From Squalus acanthias (taxonomy: Eukaryota): a stretch of 64,000 bases of DNA. Below the pieces are notes generated by a model that was not told the DNA's origin, did not search any database, and worked only from the letters and a program-made list of their open reading frames with translations. The DNA lies in contig CM059431.1 of assembly GCA_030390025.1 (NCBI GenBank), positions 104,658,001-104,722,000 of the forward strand, in the 5' to 3' direction. Shown here piece after piece: positions 49,876-61,409 of this stretch. Within the stretch, counting starts at the first letter, position 1; the number at the start of each line of letters is the position of its first letter. Position numbers and translations under genes: made by a program.

Positions 49876-50345
49876 GGAAATCAAATTACAGAAGGTCTGA
49901 GAATGAATGAATGGAGACTGCGTTAGAAGTAACAATGCACCTTGAAAGAATGAGATAAAGAATTTAGGTTCCATTTTGCCAATGCAGTCCCAAATGTCTC
50001 ATCTGAGAAAATAAATCAGTTTAGAATTGGTAACACAAAACAGGACACTGATTAATAATATAAGATTTTAAATGTAATAACATTAAAAAGGGAGGAAATG
50101 CAAACTTTTGAGGTTATTTTCAACTTCAGAGGAAGGGGCGGAACACTCCAAGTATCAGAGTGACCTCCTAATATATACACCCCACCTAATTTTCCTTTCT
50201 GTTTGTGGGAGTTTACTGTGTGCAAATTGGCTGCCGCGTTTCCCACATTACAACAGTGACTCCACTTCAAAAAGTATTTCATTGGCTGTAAAGTGCTTTG
50301 AGATGTCCGGTGGTCGTGAAAGGCGCTATATAAATGCAAGTCTTT

Positions 50346-51238
50346 GGGGGAGAAATTCAGTATCGCCCCATTTGGGGCGCAATTATCGGCCGGGCGCAAA
50401 GATTAGCGCCTGGCGCTAATTATCGCCACCGACTGCAAACTTGACTTTTATCACCCCTGGAGGTGATTGCAGCGCTATATCAGGCGCTTCACACCTGTCT
50501 TAAGGCGCAAATGCCGAGGAGCGAGGCGCTACCTCAGAGCGCTGGCGAAGCTCATGTAATGTTAGTCAGCAATGGAACACACACACAATGGCATGGGCCA
50601 GTTCTTAAAGGAGATGGTTAATCTTGCTTTCCATCCACATCCTGCTCATTGCAGCCTTGAATCTCGGCCTGGAGAGACCTGCACATCAAATGTGCTGGAA
50701 AGAACAATGGAGAGTACGAGGCAAAGAGCTCAGAGTGCAGCCCCCACAGTCTCTGCTAAATCGATACAAGGAATGGCAAATCAAAATGAACCTGCAAAGT
50801 GCTGCTCAGTACCCAAAACTCCTTCACACAACATTGAATCTCTCCAGAAGTCTCTCCCTCTCTCTCTCAGAATGCGTAGTTCAAAAATGGCACCAACAAT
50901 AAAAGGCAGGAAGCGGACACCTTTAAATAGCGCTCCCCCTTTCCCTTCATGACTGCAGAACGCTCCCTTCAACCTGTCGTTGCTAGCGTCAGGCGGTAAG
51001 GCAGGGGGCGCCACTCAATATCCGCTCCGGGGCGATACCGGGGCGTTGTGCACTCGAGTGACGTCATGATCTGCCGGCGCAGGAGATCGTGGCGGTAGTG
51101 TTTAGTGCCGCCGCAAAATGTCTAGTTAATTTCGCGAGCGGCGCAAACTTCGCCGCGCCTGGGCGCTAGATGCTTTGCGCCCCATTAGCGCCCTCTTAAG
51201 GCACTAACGGGAGGCGCAACCAACTGAATTTTTCCCCC
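50346..51238. mobile_element. Harbinger-type MITE, family A, inserted in the tail of a DeuSINE fragment (50195-50345)
   Basis: TIR GGGGGAGAAATTCAGT / rc GGGGGAAAAATTCAGT; TSD TTT. Confidence 0.85.
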
Positions 51239-51544
51239 TTTCTTTCTAATGAAGTCAAAGTAAGTATAGACTACTAAGCAAGATAGTTGACTGCAGACAC
51301 CTAGCTGGTCTTGGTATTCAACATACACTGTATGCCTAAACCCTTTATTGGAATGACTGATGTCAGTATTTATTAATTCACAGCAGCACTATACCAGGCT
51401 GTACCAATGCAAGTTTTCAGCAAATCTCCTTTGTAAACCATTTGCGTCATGTTTGTGGAGGAACAAAATGCAAGTCTAGAGATCTGCAAAAGCTAAGCCT
51501 TGATATTTTTCTCTCTGCATTAGTATTAATGAATTTGAGAAAAA

Positions 51545-52766
51545 AAAACAACAATAACAACAACATGCACCTTTAACGTAGTAAACTGTCCCAAGGCGCT
51601 TCACAGGAGCGATTATCAAACTAAATTTGACACCGAGCCACATAAGGCGATATTAGGACAGGTGGTCACAGAGGTAGTTTTTAAGGAGCGTCGTAAACGA
51701 GGAGCGAGAGGTAGAGAGGCGGAGAGGTTTATGGAGGGAATTCCAGCGCTTAGGCCCGAGGCAGCTGAAGGCATGGCCGCCAATGGTGGGGCGATGGAAA
51801 TCGGGGACGCGCAAGAGGCCAGAATTGGAGGAGCGCAGGGATCTCGGAGGTTTATAGGGCTGGAGGAGGTTACAGAGACAGGGAGGGGCGAGGCCACGGA
51901 GGGATTTGAAAACAACAACAACAACAACTTGTATTTATAGAGCGCCTTTAAAGTAGTGAACGTGCCAAGGCGCTGCACAGGAGTATTTTCAGACAAAAAA
52001 TTTGACACCGATCCACAGAAGGAGAAATGAGGGCAGGCGACCAAAAGCTTGGTCAAAGAGGTAGGTTTTAAGCAGCGTCTTAAAGGAGGAGAGAGAGGTA
52101 GAGAGGTGGAGAGGTTTAGACAGGGAACTCCAGAGCTTAGGGCCTGGGCAGCTGAAGGCAACAAGGATGAGAATTTTAAACGGGAGGCGTTGCCAGACTG
52201 GGAGCCAATGTAGGTCAGCAAGCACAGGGGGTGATGGGTGAATGGGACTTGGTGCGAGTTAGGACACGGGCAATGGAGTTTTAGATGACCTCAGGTTTAC
52301 GGAGGGTTTACCGTGGGAGGCCGGCCAGGAGCGCATTGGAATAGTCAAGTCTAGAGGTAACAAAAGCATGAGTGAGGGTTTCAGCAGCAGATGAGCTGAG
52401 GCAGGGGCGGAGTCAAGTGATGTTACCGAGGTGGAAGTAGGCGGTCTTGGTGATGGCGCGGATATGTGGTCGGAAGCTCATCTCGGGGTCAAATACACCA
52501 CCAAGGTTGCGAACGGTGTGGTTCAGCCTCGCACAGTTGCCAGGGAGAGGGACGGAGTTGGTGGCTCGGGAACGGAGTTTGTGGCGGGAGACCGAAAAAA
52601 ATGGCTTCGGTCTTCGCAATATTTAGCTGGAGGAAACTGGATGTCGGACAAGCAGTGTGACAGATTAGAGACCGTGGAGGGGTCGAGAGAGCTGATGGTG
52701 AGGTCGAGCTGGGTGTCGTCAGCGTACACGTGGAACCTAAGGTTGTGTTTTCAGGTGATGTCACCG
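51545..52766 (-). mobile_element. L2 fragment with a second L2 3' end nested inside (about 51916-52159)
   Basis: YADDTQL at about 52720; AACAA duplicated at 51911-51915 and 52160-52164. Confidence 0.85.
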
Positions 52767-53551
52767 AACAACGTCATAAGTTTGTCAAACGGACACACAG
52801 AGTAAGGCATCATTTGATTTCAAATGCGTCAACACCTCCGTTAAAATAGCAGAGGTAGGAATTTTGTATGAATGGACAGAGCAGTAAAGGGAAGGTTTTC
52901 TGCCATACACCGCAAGCTCATATTAGGAAATTCTACATCCCCAGCCCGTGATTTTCTTTCTGTGAAGTTTAATGAATGGAAACTGACAGGCTGGTAATGT
53001 TTAATTTCCCAATATGTTCTCCAAGATAAGCCAGGAATGCAGAATTGGAAGATTTCCCCCTTAATGTTTTCTATGTGGAATTTGAAGGCCGAAGTGAACA
53101 GAAAGTTTAGGCTTTGATGAAATAAATTCTCTGCTTGAAGTCCAACAATAAAAAAACCCAAAAAGTTATTGCAGCCCCTGAGACCTGTTTCCATGACAGC
53201 CAGCTCCTGCCTGATGATTAGATTGCAGGATCAATGAAGTAGCTATGTGCGTAATGTAAATGACAGCAGCTGCACGGTTTGAGGAGCAGTTTAGGTATTT
53301 GTTCCAAGGTTGAGATGAGTTTTGTTGCATTTCTTTCCAGGTCAATATATCAGACCATTCACAAATCCTATTTTATTTCATTATGCATCTAACACAAAGT
53401 AACTGTTCAGCATTTGTAACCAAAATTAACGTATACATGGGAAATTATGTGCATTTAATATTTAACTTTTTCGTTCATGTTAAACCTTGGGTGCCAAGTT
53501 TTGTTTGAGAACGCTCCTGTGAAGCGCCTTGGAACGTTTTACTACGTTAAA

Positions 53552-54355
53552 ACTTTCCGGTGCCATTCGCAACTGCTCAGATAATGAAGCAGTCCATGCC
53601 CGCATGCAACAAGACCTGGACGACATTCAGGCTTGGGTTGATAAGTGGCAAGTAACATTCACTCCACACGAATGCCAGGCGATGACTATCTCCAACAAGC
53701 GAGTGTCTAACCACCGCCCCTTGACATTCAACGGCATTGCCATCACCAAATCCCCCACCATCAACATCCTGGGGGTCACCATTGACCAGAAACTTAACTG
53801 GACCTTTTCACCATCTATAAGGCACAAGTCAGGAGTATGATGGAATACTCTCCACTTGCCTGGGTGAGTGCAGCTCCAACAACACTCAAGAAGCTCGACA
53901 TTATCCAGGACAAAGCAGCCCGCTTGATAGGCATCCCATCCACCACCTTAAACATTCACTCCCTCCACCACCGGCGTACCGTGGCTGCAGTGTGTACCAT
54001 CTACAAGATGCACTGCAGCAACTCGCCAAGGCTTCTTCGGCAGCACCTCCCAAACCCACGACCTCTTCCACCTAGAAGGACAAGGGCAGCAGGCGCATGG
54101 GAACACCACCACCTCCAAGTTCCCCTCCAAGTCACACACCATCCTGACTAAGAAGTATATCACCGAGCCTTCATTGTCGCTGGGTCAAAATCCTGGAACT
54201 CCCTCCCTAACAACACTGTGGGAGCACCTTCACCACACGGACTGCAGTGGTTCAAGGAGGCGGCTCACCACCACCTTCTCAAGGGCAATTAGGAATGGGC
54301 AATAAATGCTGGCCTTGCCAGCGACGCCCACATCCCATAAACGAATTTAAAAAAA
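53552..54355 (+). mobile_element. LINE B 3' fragment inserted in an L2 tail
   Basis: MQQDLDDIQAWVDKWQVTF, MEYSPLAW; the L2 tail resumes at about 54360 (GCGCTATATAAAT..(TTG)n). Confidence 0.8.
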
Positions 54356-54681
54356 TTAAATGCGCTATATAAATGAAAGTTGTTGTTGTTGTTGATATCC
54401 AATAATTACTGTTTTAATTATTTACTGTTATTATAGACACTCTACACCTAGGAAATATGAACCCGAATCCCTCACAATACCCACAAAATGTAAGAAAATG
54501 TATCAGAATCTCTAATATGTAAACTGTATTAATTGAAGGTTATCCAACAAATCTTCCCATCCCTTATCAATATATACAGAACAGCGATTCAAATTAGTAT
54601 TTCCTATTTGTGTCTATACTTTCGTATGATGCCTAAATTAGCTCACTTTGAACTACCCCCCACCCAAACGCAAAAGATAAT

Positions 54682-55409
54682 GGCCCGTATTTTCCGATGC
54701 CTACGGGTGTGTACGGGCTGTGTACACACCCGTACGGACATCGGAAATGCCGGTTTCAGGCATGCGAAGCGCATGCGCTGAAAACCGGCATTTCCGATCT
54801 GTGAAGAATCCTCTTGACAGATCATCCGCCTGCCCTGGAGAAGGGCCTCCGCGGGTGGAGAGTTCCGCTTTCTGCACAACCTCCGCCCGCTGAAAACCTT
54901 TAGAAATCTTACATCTGGTAAAATCCTGTGTAAGGCCTACTTTTACCAGCATAAGAGTTGAAAAAGTGTTTTAAATTTTTTTTTCACTCATTTATAATTT
55001 TAAAATACTTTTAAAAAAGGTAAGTTTATTTTTAGCCCCGTAAAAAACTTTAATTATTTTTTTCAAAAAATTAAATTTGTATATGTAATTTTAACTCATT
55101 TTAAAAACGTGATAAAAAAAAATGTATTTAATGTTTTTGGTGTGATCTCCATTCATATATTTGACGGGTCTATCTGTCAAAAGTATGAAGGGAGATTCCC
55201 TTCTCATATTGGCTCCCCATGGCCCATGTGATCCCAGGGACGCTGCGAACCGCCTGCGCCCCTGGGATACGTGGGCCCTGCGCATTCGACTGTGGAGAGG
55301 CCCAGGAGCGGAAGTGTCCGGACCTCGGGAGCCCTCAGGTAAGTCCGTAGATTTTTTTCCGATAGGAGGCATCCGCACGCAGGAAGCCTCCTATCGGAAA
55401 ATATGGGCC
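54682..55409. mobile_element. Harbinger-type MITE, family C
   Basis: 17-bp TIR GGCCC(G/A)TATTTTCCGAT; TSD AAT. Confidence 0.9.
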
Positions 55410-56261
55410 AATGATTGTTAACCAAGTCAAATCTGTACAGAGCAGGATCACAGTATAGCACTTAGTGAAGAGTAACTTAACTCCTCCTTGCTAGAGGCAT
55501 CAAAGACTGAGCTTAATGCAGAGATGCATTAACTAGCACTTTAATAATATGATTAATACCATCACAAGGTTCAGTAAGTAAACTGATGCTTAATATCAAC
55601 CAATAGAATCTAAATTACCACAATAATTTACATGTATTGCAACATCTCAGCTGGAACTGAATATCGCTTCATAAAAGTACAAGAATGTCCAAGGTTACAG
55701 TACAAACTATGCAAGTTAAGTTTATAGTCCATACTCAGCATTTCAATGTAGGTTTCCAATGTGAAGACATTCCCCTTTGCAATGTGAGCATAAAGTCGTA
55801 CAACTTGCCTGGAGTAGCAGAATACATTACTGTTGGGCTGTTCTCTCTTCCCCTGAGAAGCTCTGGCCTCACCACCGGGGATGCCTGTGGTGTGTCAAAT
55901 GGCCAGGAACCTCCTCCGAGCTGTTCTCACACTGCAACTATAACTTCTCCAGAAGAGCAACGGAAACTCCGTTTTGGTTTCTGCTGCACTTCCGGTGAAG
56001 TCGCGCCAGTGGATTGGGAGCAGTTTTTGAGGAGATTCCTGACCACTGTTCGCGATTGTGGTCTTTCTTCAGTCATTGTCTTCTCTTCCTTGCCTTTAGT
56101 TAATTGCGCAAATAGTATCATTCTCGGTTGATCCTGTTGTGATACTATTTATAGTTTCTGCTCTACTTTGATCTAAATGCTTAACATTTCTTAAATCCTC
56201 TAACTTTACACTCTTAACTTTCAAAGACTGGCTTGAGCCTTCTAACCTCCATCAACTCTCC

Positions 56262-56660
56262 TGAGAGCAGAGAAGGCTCAGAGGAGATTCAATAGAGGTG
56301 TTTAAAATCATGACGGGTTTAGATAGAGTAAATAAAGAGAAACTGTTTCAATGGCTGAAGGGTCGATAACGAGAGGGCACAGATTGAAGGTGATTGGCTT
56401 AAGAACCAGAGGTGACATGAGGAAAAACATTTTTATGCAACGAGTGATTAGGATTTGGAATGCGCTGCCTGATAGGGTGGTGGATACAGATTCAATAGTG
56501 GCCTTCAAAAGGGAATTAGATAAATACTTGAAGGAGAAAAAATTGCAGCGATATGGGGAAAGAGCGGAGGAGTGGGACTAACTGGATTGCTCTTCGAAAG
56601 AGCCGGCGCAGACTCGATGGCACGAATGACCTCCTTCTGTGCTGTACCAACTGATTCTAA
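56262..56660 (+). mobile_element. CR1 3' fragment
   Basis: SITRGHRLK..FMQRVIRIWNALP. Confidence 0.8.
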
Positions 56661-57172
56661 ATGCTTTTGAAAACTTTCTGCTTCAGGTCAAGAGATTCTG
56701 ATCTAAATACCTTGAAGTATTACAAAGGACATCCCTCTTCAAAGGACATGACCAACAATGACCAATCAAAGTGACCAATTCAACCTTACGGTTCGCGATG
56801 TAGAATTTTTGATCTCTCACTCATTCTCGCTCATTATTTGCAGAAGTTACAAGTTATTCTTCTGCCATTTTTGTCATTTTCTATTCGGTATACTTTGTCA
56901 ATTTAATTAGAACAAATATATCAGTAAAATACATTACACAACCAAGTGTAAGTCCACAACTAAAGGTTTGTGTTTGGCTTGGAATAATATTCCTCAATGA
57001 GAAGGAAAACCTAATTTTTGCTCAACTGATGATAGCTGGCTGAATTTACCTTATGTTCAAATATGGTATGGGAATATTGTGCCCTGGAAGTCAGAAAAAT
57101 GGGATGCAGATTTTGGTGTTTTTGAGCCAGTATTGCCTAACATATGTGCGGAACTGACAGAACTAGCATAAT

Positions 57173-57915
57173 GGCCCAAAAATTAGTGTCTCTACGCGAG
57201 AGTACGCACTGTGTACTCTCGCGTATTCTGTCTCCAATTGCCGGTTTTTTGCATGCACTGCGCATGCGCTGAAAACCGGCACTTGGTGATTTCAAAAGGG
57301 GGCGGTTCCTAGGTGAACCGCGTGCGCGCTACAGGCTGCGTGCACGCAGTGCACTTAGTGCTTTGAACGCGCAGGTAAGCATGGAAGATTTTTCACATAA
57401 AGAAAGGAGGCGTAAGACCCTCTTTTAACAAGGTAAGTAGCTAATTAAGTATTATTTTGAATTTTTTTCAACAGGTATATCTTTTTTAGAGACTTTAAAG
57501 AAAGGTAAGTTTATTTTTATAACTTTTTAAAAGATTTTAAATTTTTTCAAAAATTTAATTTTTTGTTTAAAGTGGTTAATTTATTTAACTATACTTATTT
57601 TATTAATGTGATGGGTTTTTAAAAAAAATTAATTGAGGTTTAGCTGTTCTTTTGGGGGGGTATAGATTCATAGCTTTCACAGCACTTGATGTGAAAACTA
57701 TGAATGAAAGATGGTGTGCTGCCATTGGCTCTAACTGAATCACGTGATCCCACAGCTCGCACGAATTAACTGCGCCTGTGGGATACGCAAGCACTGCCCA
57801 GCTGCTGTCTAGTAAATCAAGTTCGTGCGAGCTCGGAATAAAAAAGCCGGCGCGCAGTGATTATCGCGGGGAAGCCTTACCCTCGCACGAAGGCTCCCTC
57901 ACTAAATTTTGGGCC
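57173..57915. mobile_element. Harbinger-type MITE, divergent family C member
   Basis: 16-bp TIR GGCCCAAAA(A/T)TTAGTG; TSD AAT; shares GCGCATGCGCTGAAAACCGGCA and the AT-rich core. Confidence 0.85.
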
Positions 57916-58067
57916 AATGTCTTACTTCATGTGTGCAGCAACATTTTTTTTTCTGAATTCAGCGAGACCAGCTCATTAATATCAATATCATACACTCGAT
58001 GCACAGCTTGCATTTTGTGCAGGGAGGGAGATGAAGCGGGGGGGGGGGGCTCCACAGAATATCACAG

Positions 58068-61000
58068 ACAACAACAACAACTTGCATTTATATAGAGCCT
58101 TTAACATAGTAAAACGTCCCAAGGCGCTGCACAGGAGAATTTTAAGACAACAAATTTGACACCGATCCACATAAGGATAAATTAGGGCAGGTGACCAAAA
58201 GCTTGGTCAAAGAGGTCGGTTTTAAAGAGCGTCTTAAAGGAGGAGAGAGAGGTAGAGAGGCAGAGAGGTTTAGGGAAGGAATTCCAGAGCTTAGGGCCTA
58301 GACAACAGAAGGCACGACCACCAAAGGTTGAGCGAGTATAATCAGGGATGCTCAAGAGGGCAGAATTAGAGGAGCGCAGCTATCTCGGGGGGTTGTGGGG
58401 CTGAAGAAGATTACAGAGATAGGAAGGAGCGAGGCCATGGAGGGATTTGAAAACAAGGATGAGAATTTTGAAATTGAAGCATTGCTTAACCGGGAGCCAA
58501 TGTAGGTCAGCGAGCACAGGGGTGATGGGTGAACGGGACTTGATGCGGATTAGGACACAGGCAGCCAAGTTTTGGATGACCTCAAGTTTGCGTAGGGTGG
58601 AATGTGGGAGGTGTAAGGGATTCTGACCCTGCGTGTCTCGCAGCCTGTGAGGTTCACGCGGCTCTGTGCAGCCTGTATGTCAGTGCGGGTCTAGGCCTTG
58701 TTGCCTGTTCTGGTCTCCAGCCAGTCTGGGAACACTAGACACACCTGTGAGTGGTTCGAATCACTCGCCCTTACGGTTCTAGACACTGGACTTAGATGCG
58801 AGAGCAGTAATGGAGATGAAACTCATGTAGACTCGGTTGAATGGTACGAAATGGAAAATCTTTATTGCATGATAATTAAAATTATGAAATACATGTCATA
58901 AGCACAGATTAATGACAGTACAATCTTACAAGCAGTTATATAGCTGATCCTAGGGAAACGAGGAACGAACGACACACCGTAAATAGGGGCACACATTACA
59001 AGTATCCTTAATACTTAAACCCTCCCCTATCAATATCTATCCTAACTAGATTCGTAGGATTTCGAGACTCATGCTCACCACTCGTGATAACTCGGAGAAA
59101 TTCCGAATAGCTGATCGGATGTTTTTCACCGCAGCACCCACGTGTCGGTCAGGAGATCTCCTGGTCCCACTTGTTTACTTGCTTCTGCTGCTCCGGCTAG
59201 CAGGCTGGACCGTCTGCTGTGATGAAGACCTGTGTTGGTTGGTTTAACAGGTACTTTTCCGAGCACAGTTCAGTCAATATCATCGATGTGATATCGTTCT
59301 TTGCAAGTTCGAAGAAGTCTCCCTGGCAAGGAAAACTTGGCTATTCGACCTACAGGCGCGGTCGGGATTTACTGACCGTGGCGATGAATATGGTCTTCCT
59401 CTCTTCTCATCTCATCTCATCTCATCTCATCTCATCTCGTCTCATCTCGGGCCTTTGGTTCCGCTGCCAGTTACCAACATAGGTCTTCGTTACGCGACAC
59501 GAGGTAGATCCGAACGGATCAGAAAGTTCAACAGTCCTTTTCAAAGAGGCACCAGGCAAGCAGGAGCCCGACTACGAGTACACAGGAGCAGCCACGAGGT
59601 TACGAATAAGAGCACAGGAGCAGCCACGAGGATAAGCGAAATAAGAGAAAGATGGACGGTTTGGAGCCTGCAATTATAGTGCAAAATCTTCCGTTTCCCG
59701 CCCAACCTTAATGTCCATTCTTTTGTTAGGGTCTGGCGCTCAAATGTCTTGTATGGGTGATCTCCGTTCTTAATGGGTTTCGGGGCTACTCGTAAATGTC
59801 TGAGTACCTGTTAATATTTCTCCCATTGTTAAATCGGTCGGTGTTCTCCCTGGAGGGGTTGTGGGGCTTCCAAGTGTTTTGTATAACTACCCGCTAACGG
59901 CTCTCTCATCGTAGAGTCGTTGGGATTTTACATATTAATGTCCTTTGGATGGGCCCTTGATTACTCGGTACAATAGCTTTCATTCGTACCTGGGAGACCG
60001 ATTTCAGTATTTATGTGTATACTGCAAACCCATAATGTCTCGTGTATTATCTTCACTGTGCTGAATCTTAATCGATCTTGCACAAATGTTTATTGGAACG
60101 CCATCTTGTCTGCCTGTTGAAAAGTCTAGAATGTTCTGTCACGAGGTGCGGCGGCCATTTTACAGGCTGCTTGTGTCCACTTTGAAAACCTGGCAGCATT
60201 CTGCTGAAATAAAAGCTGTTTGAACGAAACTTTGTGTTTTCTCCTTATTAAAATGAAATCGCGATATATTGCGAATTCTACAGAGGCCAGCCAGGAGTGC
60301 GTTGGAATAGTCAAGTCTAGAGGTAACAAAGGCATGGATGAGGGTTTCAGCAGTGGATGAGCTGAGGCAAGCGCGGAGACGGGCGATGTTACGGAGGTGG
60401 AAATAGGCGGTCTTTGTTATGCTGCGGATATGTGGTCGGAAGTTCATTTCAGGGTCAAATGTGACACCAAGGTTGCGAACAGTGCTGTTCAGCCTCAGAC
60501 AGATGTTAGGGAGAGGGATGGAGTCAGTGGCGAGGGAACGGAGTTTGTGGTGGGGACCGAAAACAATGGCTTCAGTCTTCCCAATATTTAATTGGAGAAA
60601 ATTTTCGCTCATCCAGAACTGTAAGTTGGACAAGCAGTCTGACAATTTAGATACCGTGGAGGGGTCGAGAGAAGCGGTAGTGAGGTAGAGCTGGGTGTCA
60701 TCAGCGTACATGTGGAAACTGATGCTGTGTTTTCGGATGATGTCACCAAGGGGCATCATGTAGATGAGAAATAGGAGGGAGCCAAGGATAGATCATTGGG
60801 GGACATCAGAGGTAACGATGCGGGAGCGGGAAGAGAAGCCATTGCAGGTGATTCTCTGGTTATGATTAGATAGATAAGAATGGAACCAGGCGAGTGCAGT
60901 CTCACCCAGCTGGACGACGGTGGAGAGGCGTTGGAGAAGGATGGAGTGGTCAACCGTGTCAAAGGCTACAGACAAGTCAAGAAGGATGAGGAGGGATAGT

Positions 61001-61182
61001 TTACCTTTGTCACAATCACAAAGGATGTCATTTGTGACTTTGATGAGAGCCGTTTCGGTACTGCGGCAAGGGCGGAAAACTGATTGGAGGGATTCAAACA
61101 TGGAATTGTGGGAAAGATGGGCACGGATTTGGGAGGTGATAACACGTTCAAGGACTTTGGAGAGGAAAGGGAGGTTGGAGAC
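58068..61182 (-). mobile_element. L2 LINE (RT to 3' end) split by a solo LTR
   Basis: LLDLSVAFDTVDH, HMYADDTQLY, SRLDYSNALL; (CAA)n tail. Confidence 0.9.
58612..60282 (-). mobile_element. Solo LTR, 1671 bp
   Basis: TGTA..TACA termini; exact 4-bp TSD GAGG (58608-58611, 60283-60286); removal restores the L2 sequence GGGAGGCCAGCC; AATAAA on the minus strand near 58861; internal (CTCAT)n. Confidence 0.8.
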
Positions 61183-61249
61183 CTCAAAGGCTCCAGTTTT
61201 CCAGAGGGAAGCAATCACTTAAATTGGACATATATTGGGATAAATAAAA

Positions 61250-61390
61250 TCAAAATACTGCGGAAACTTTTTTTTATCCCAAATAAAAACAGAAAATGCT
61301 GGAAATACTCAGCAGGTCTGGCAGCATCTGTGGCGAGAGAAACAGAGTTAACGTTTCAGGTCGATGACCTTTCGTCAGAACTGGTGAAAA
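61250..61390 (-). repeat. Penelope-like repeat
   Basis: Same family as 2625-2824; single arm. Confidence 0.65.
61346..61382 (-). ncRNA. Minimal type I hammerhead ribozyme motif
   Basis: rc reads AGUU-CUGACGA-A-AGGUC-AUC-GACCU-GAA-ACGU-U-AACU. Confidence 0.6.
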
Positions 61391-61409
61391 GTCATCGATC
61401 TGAAATGAT

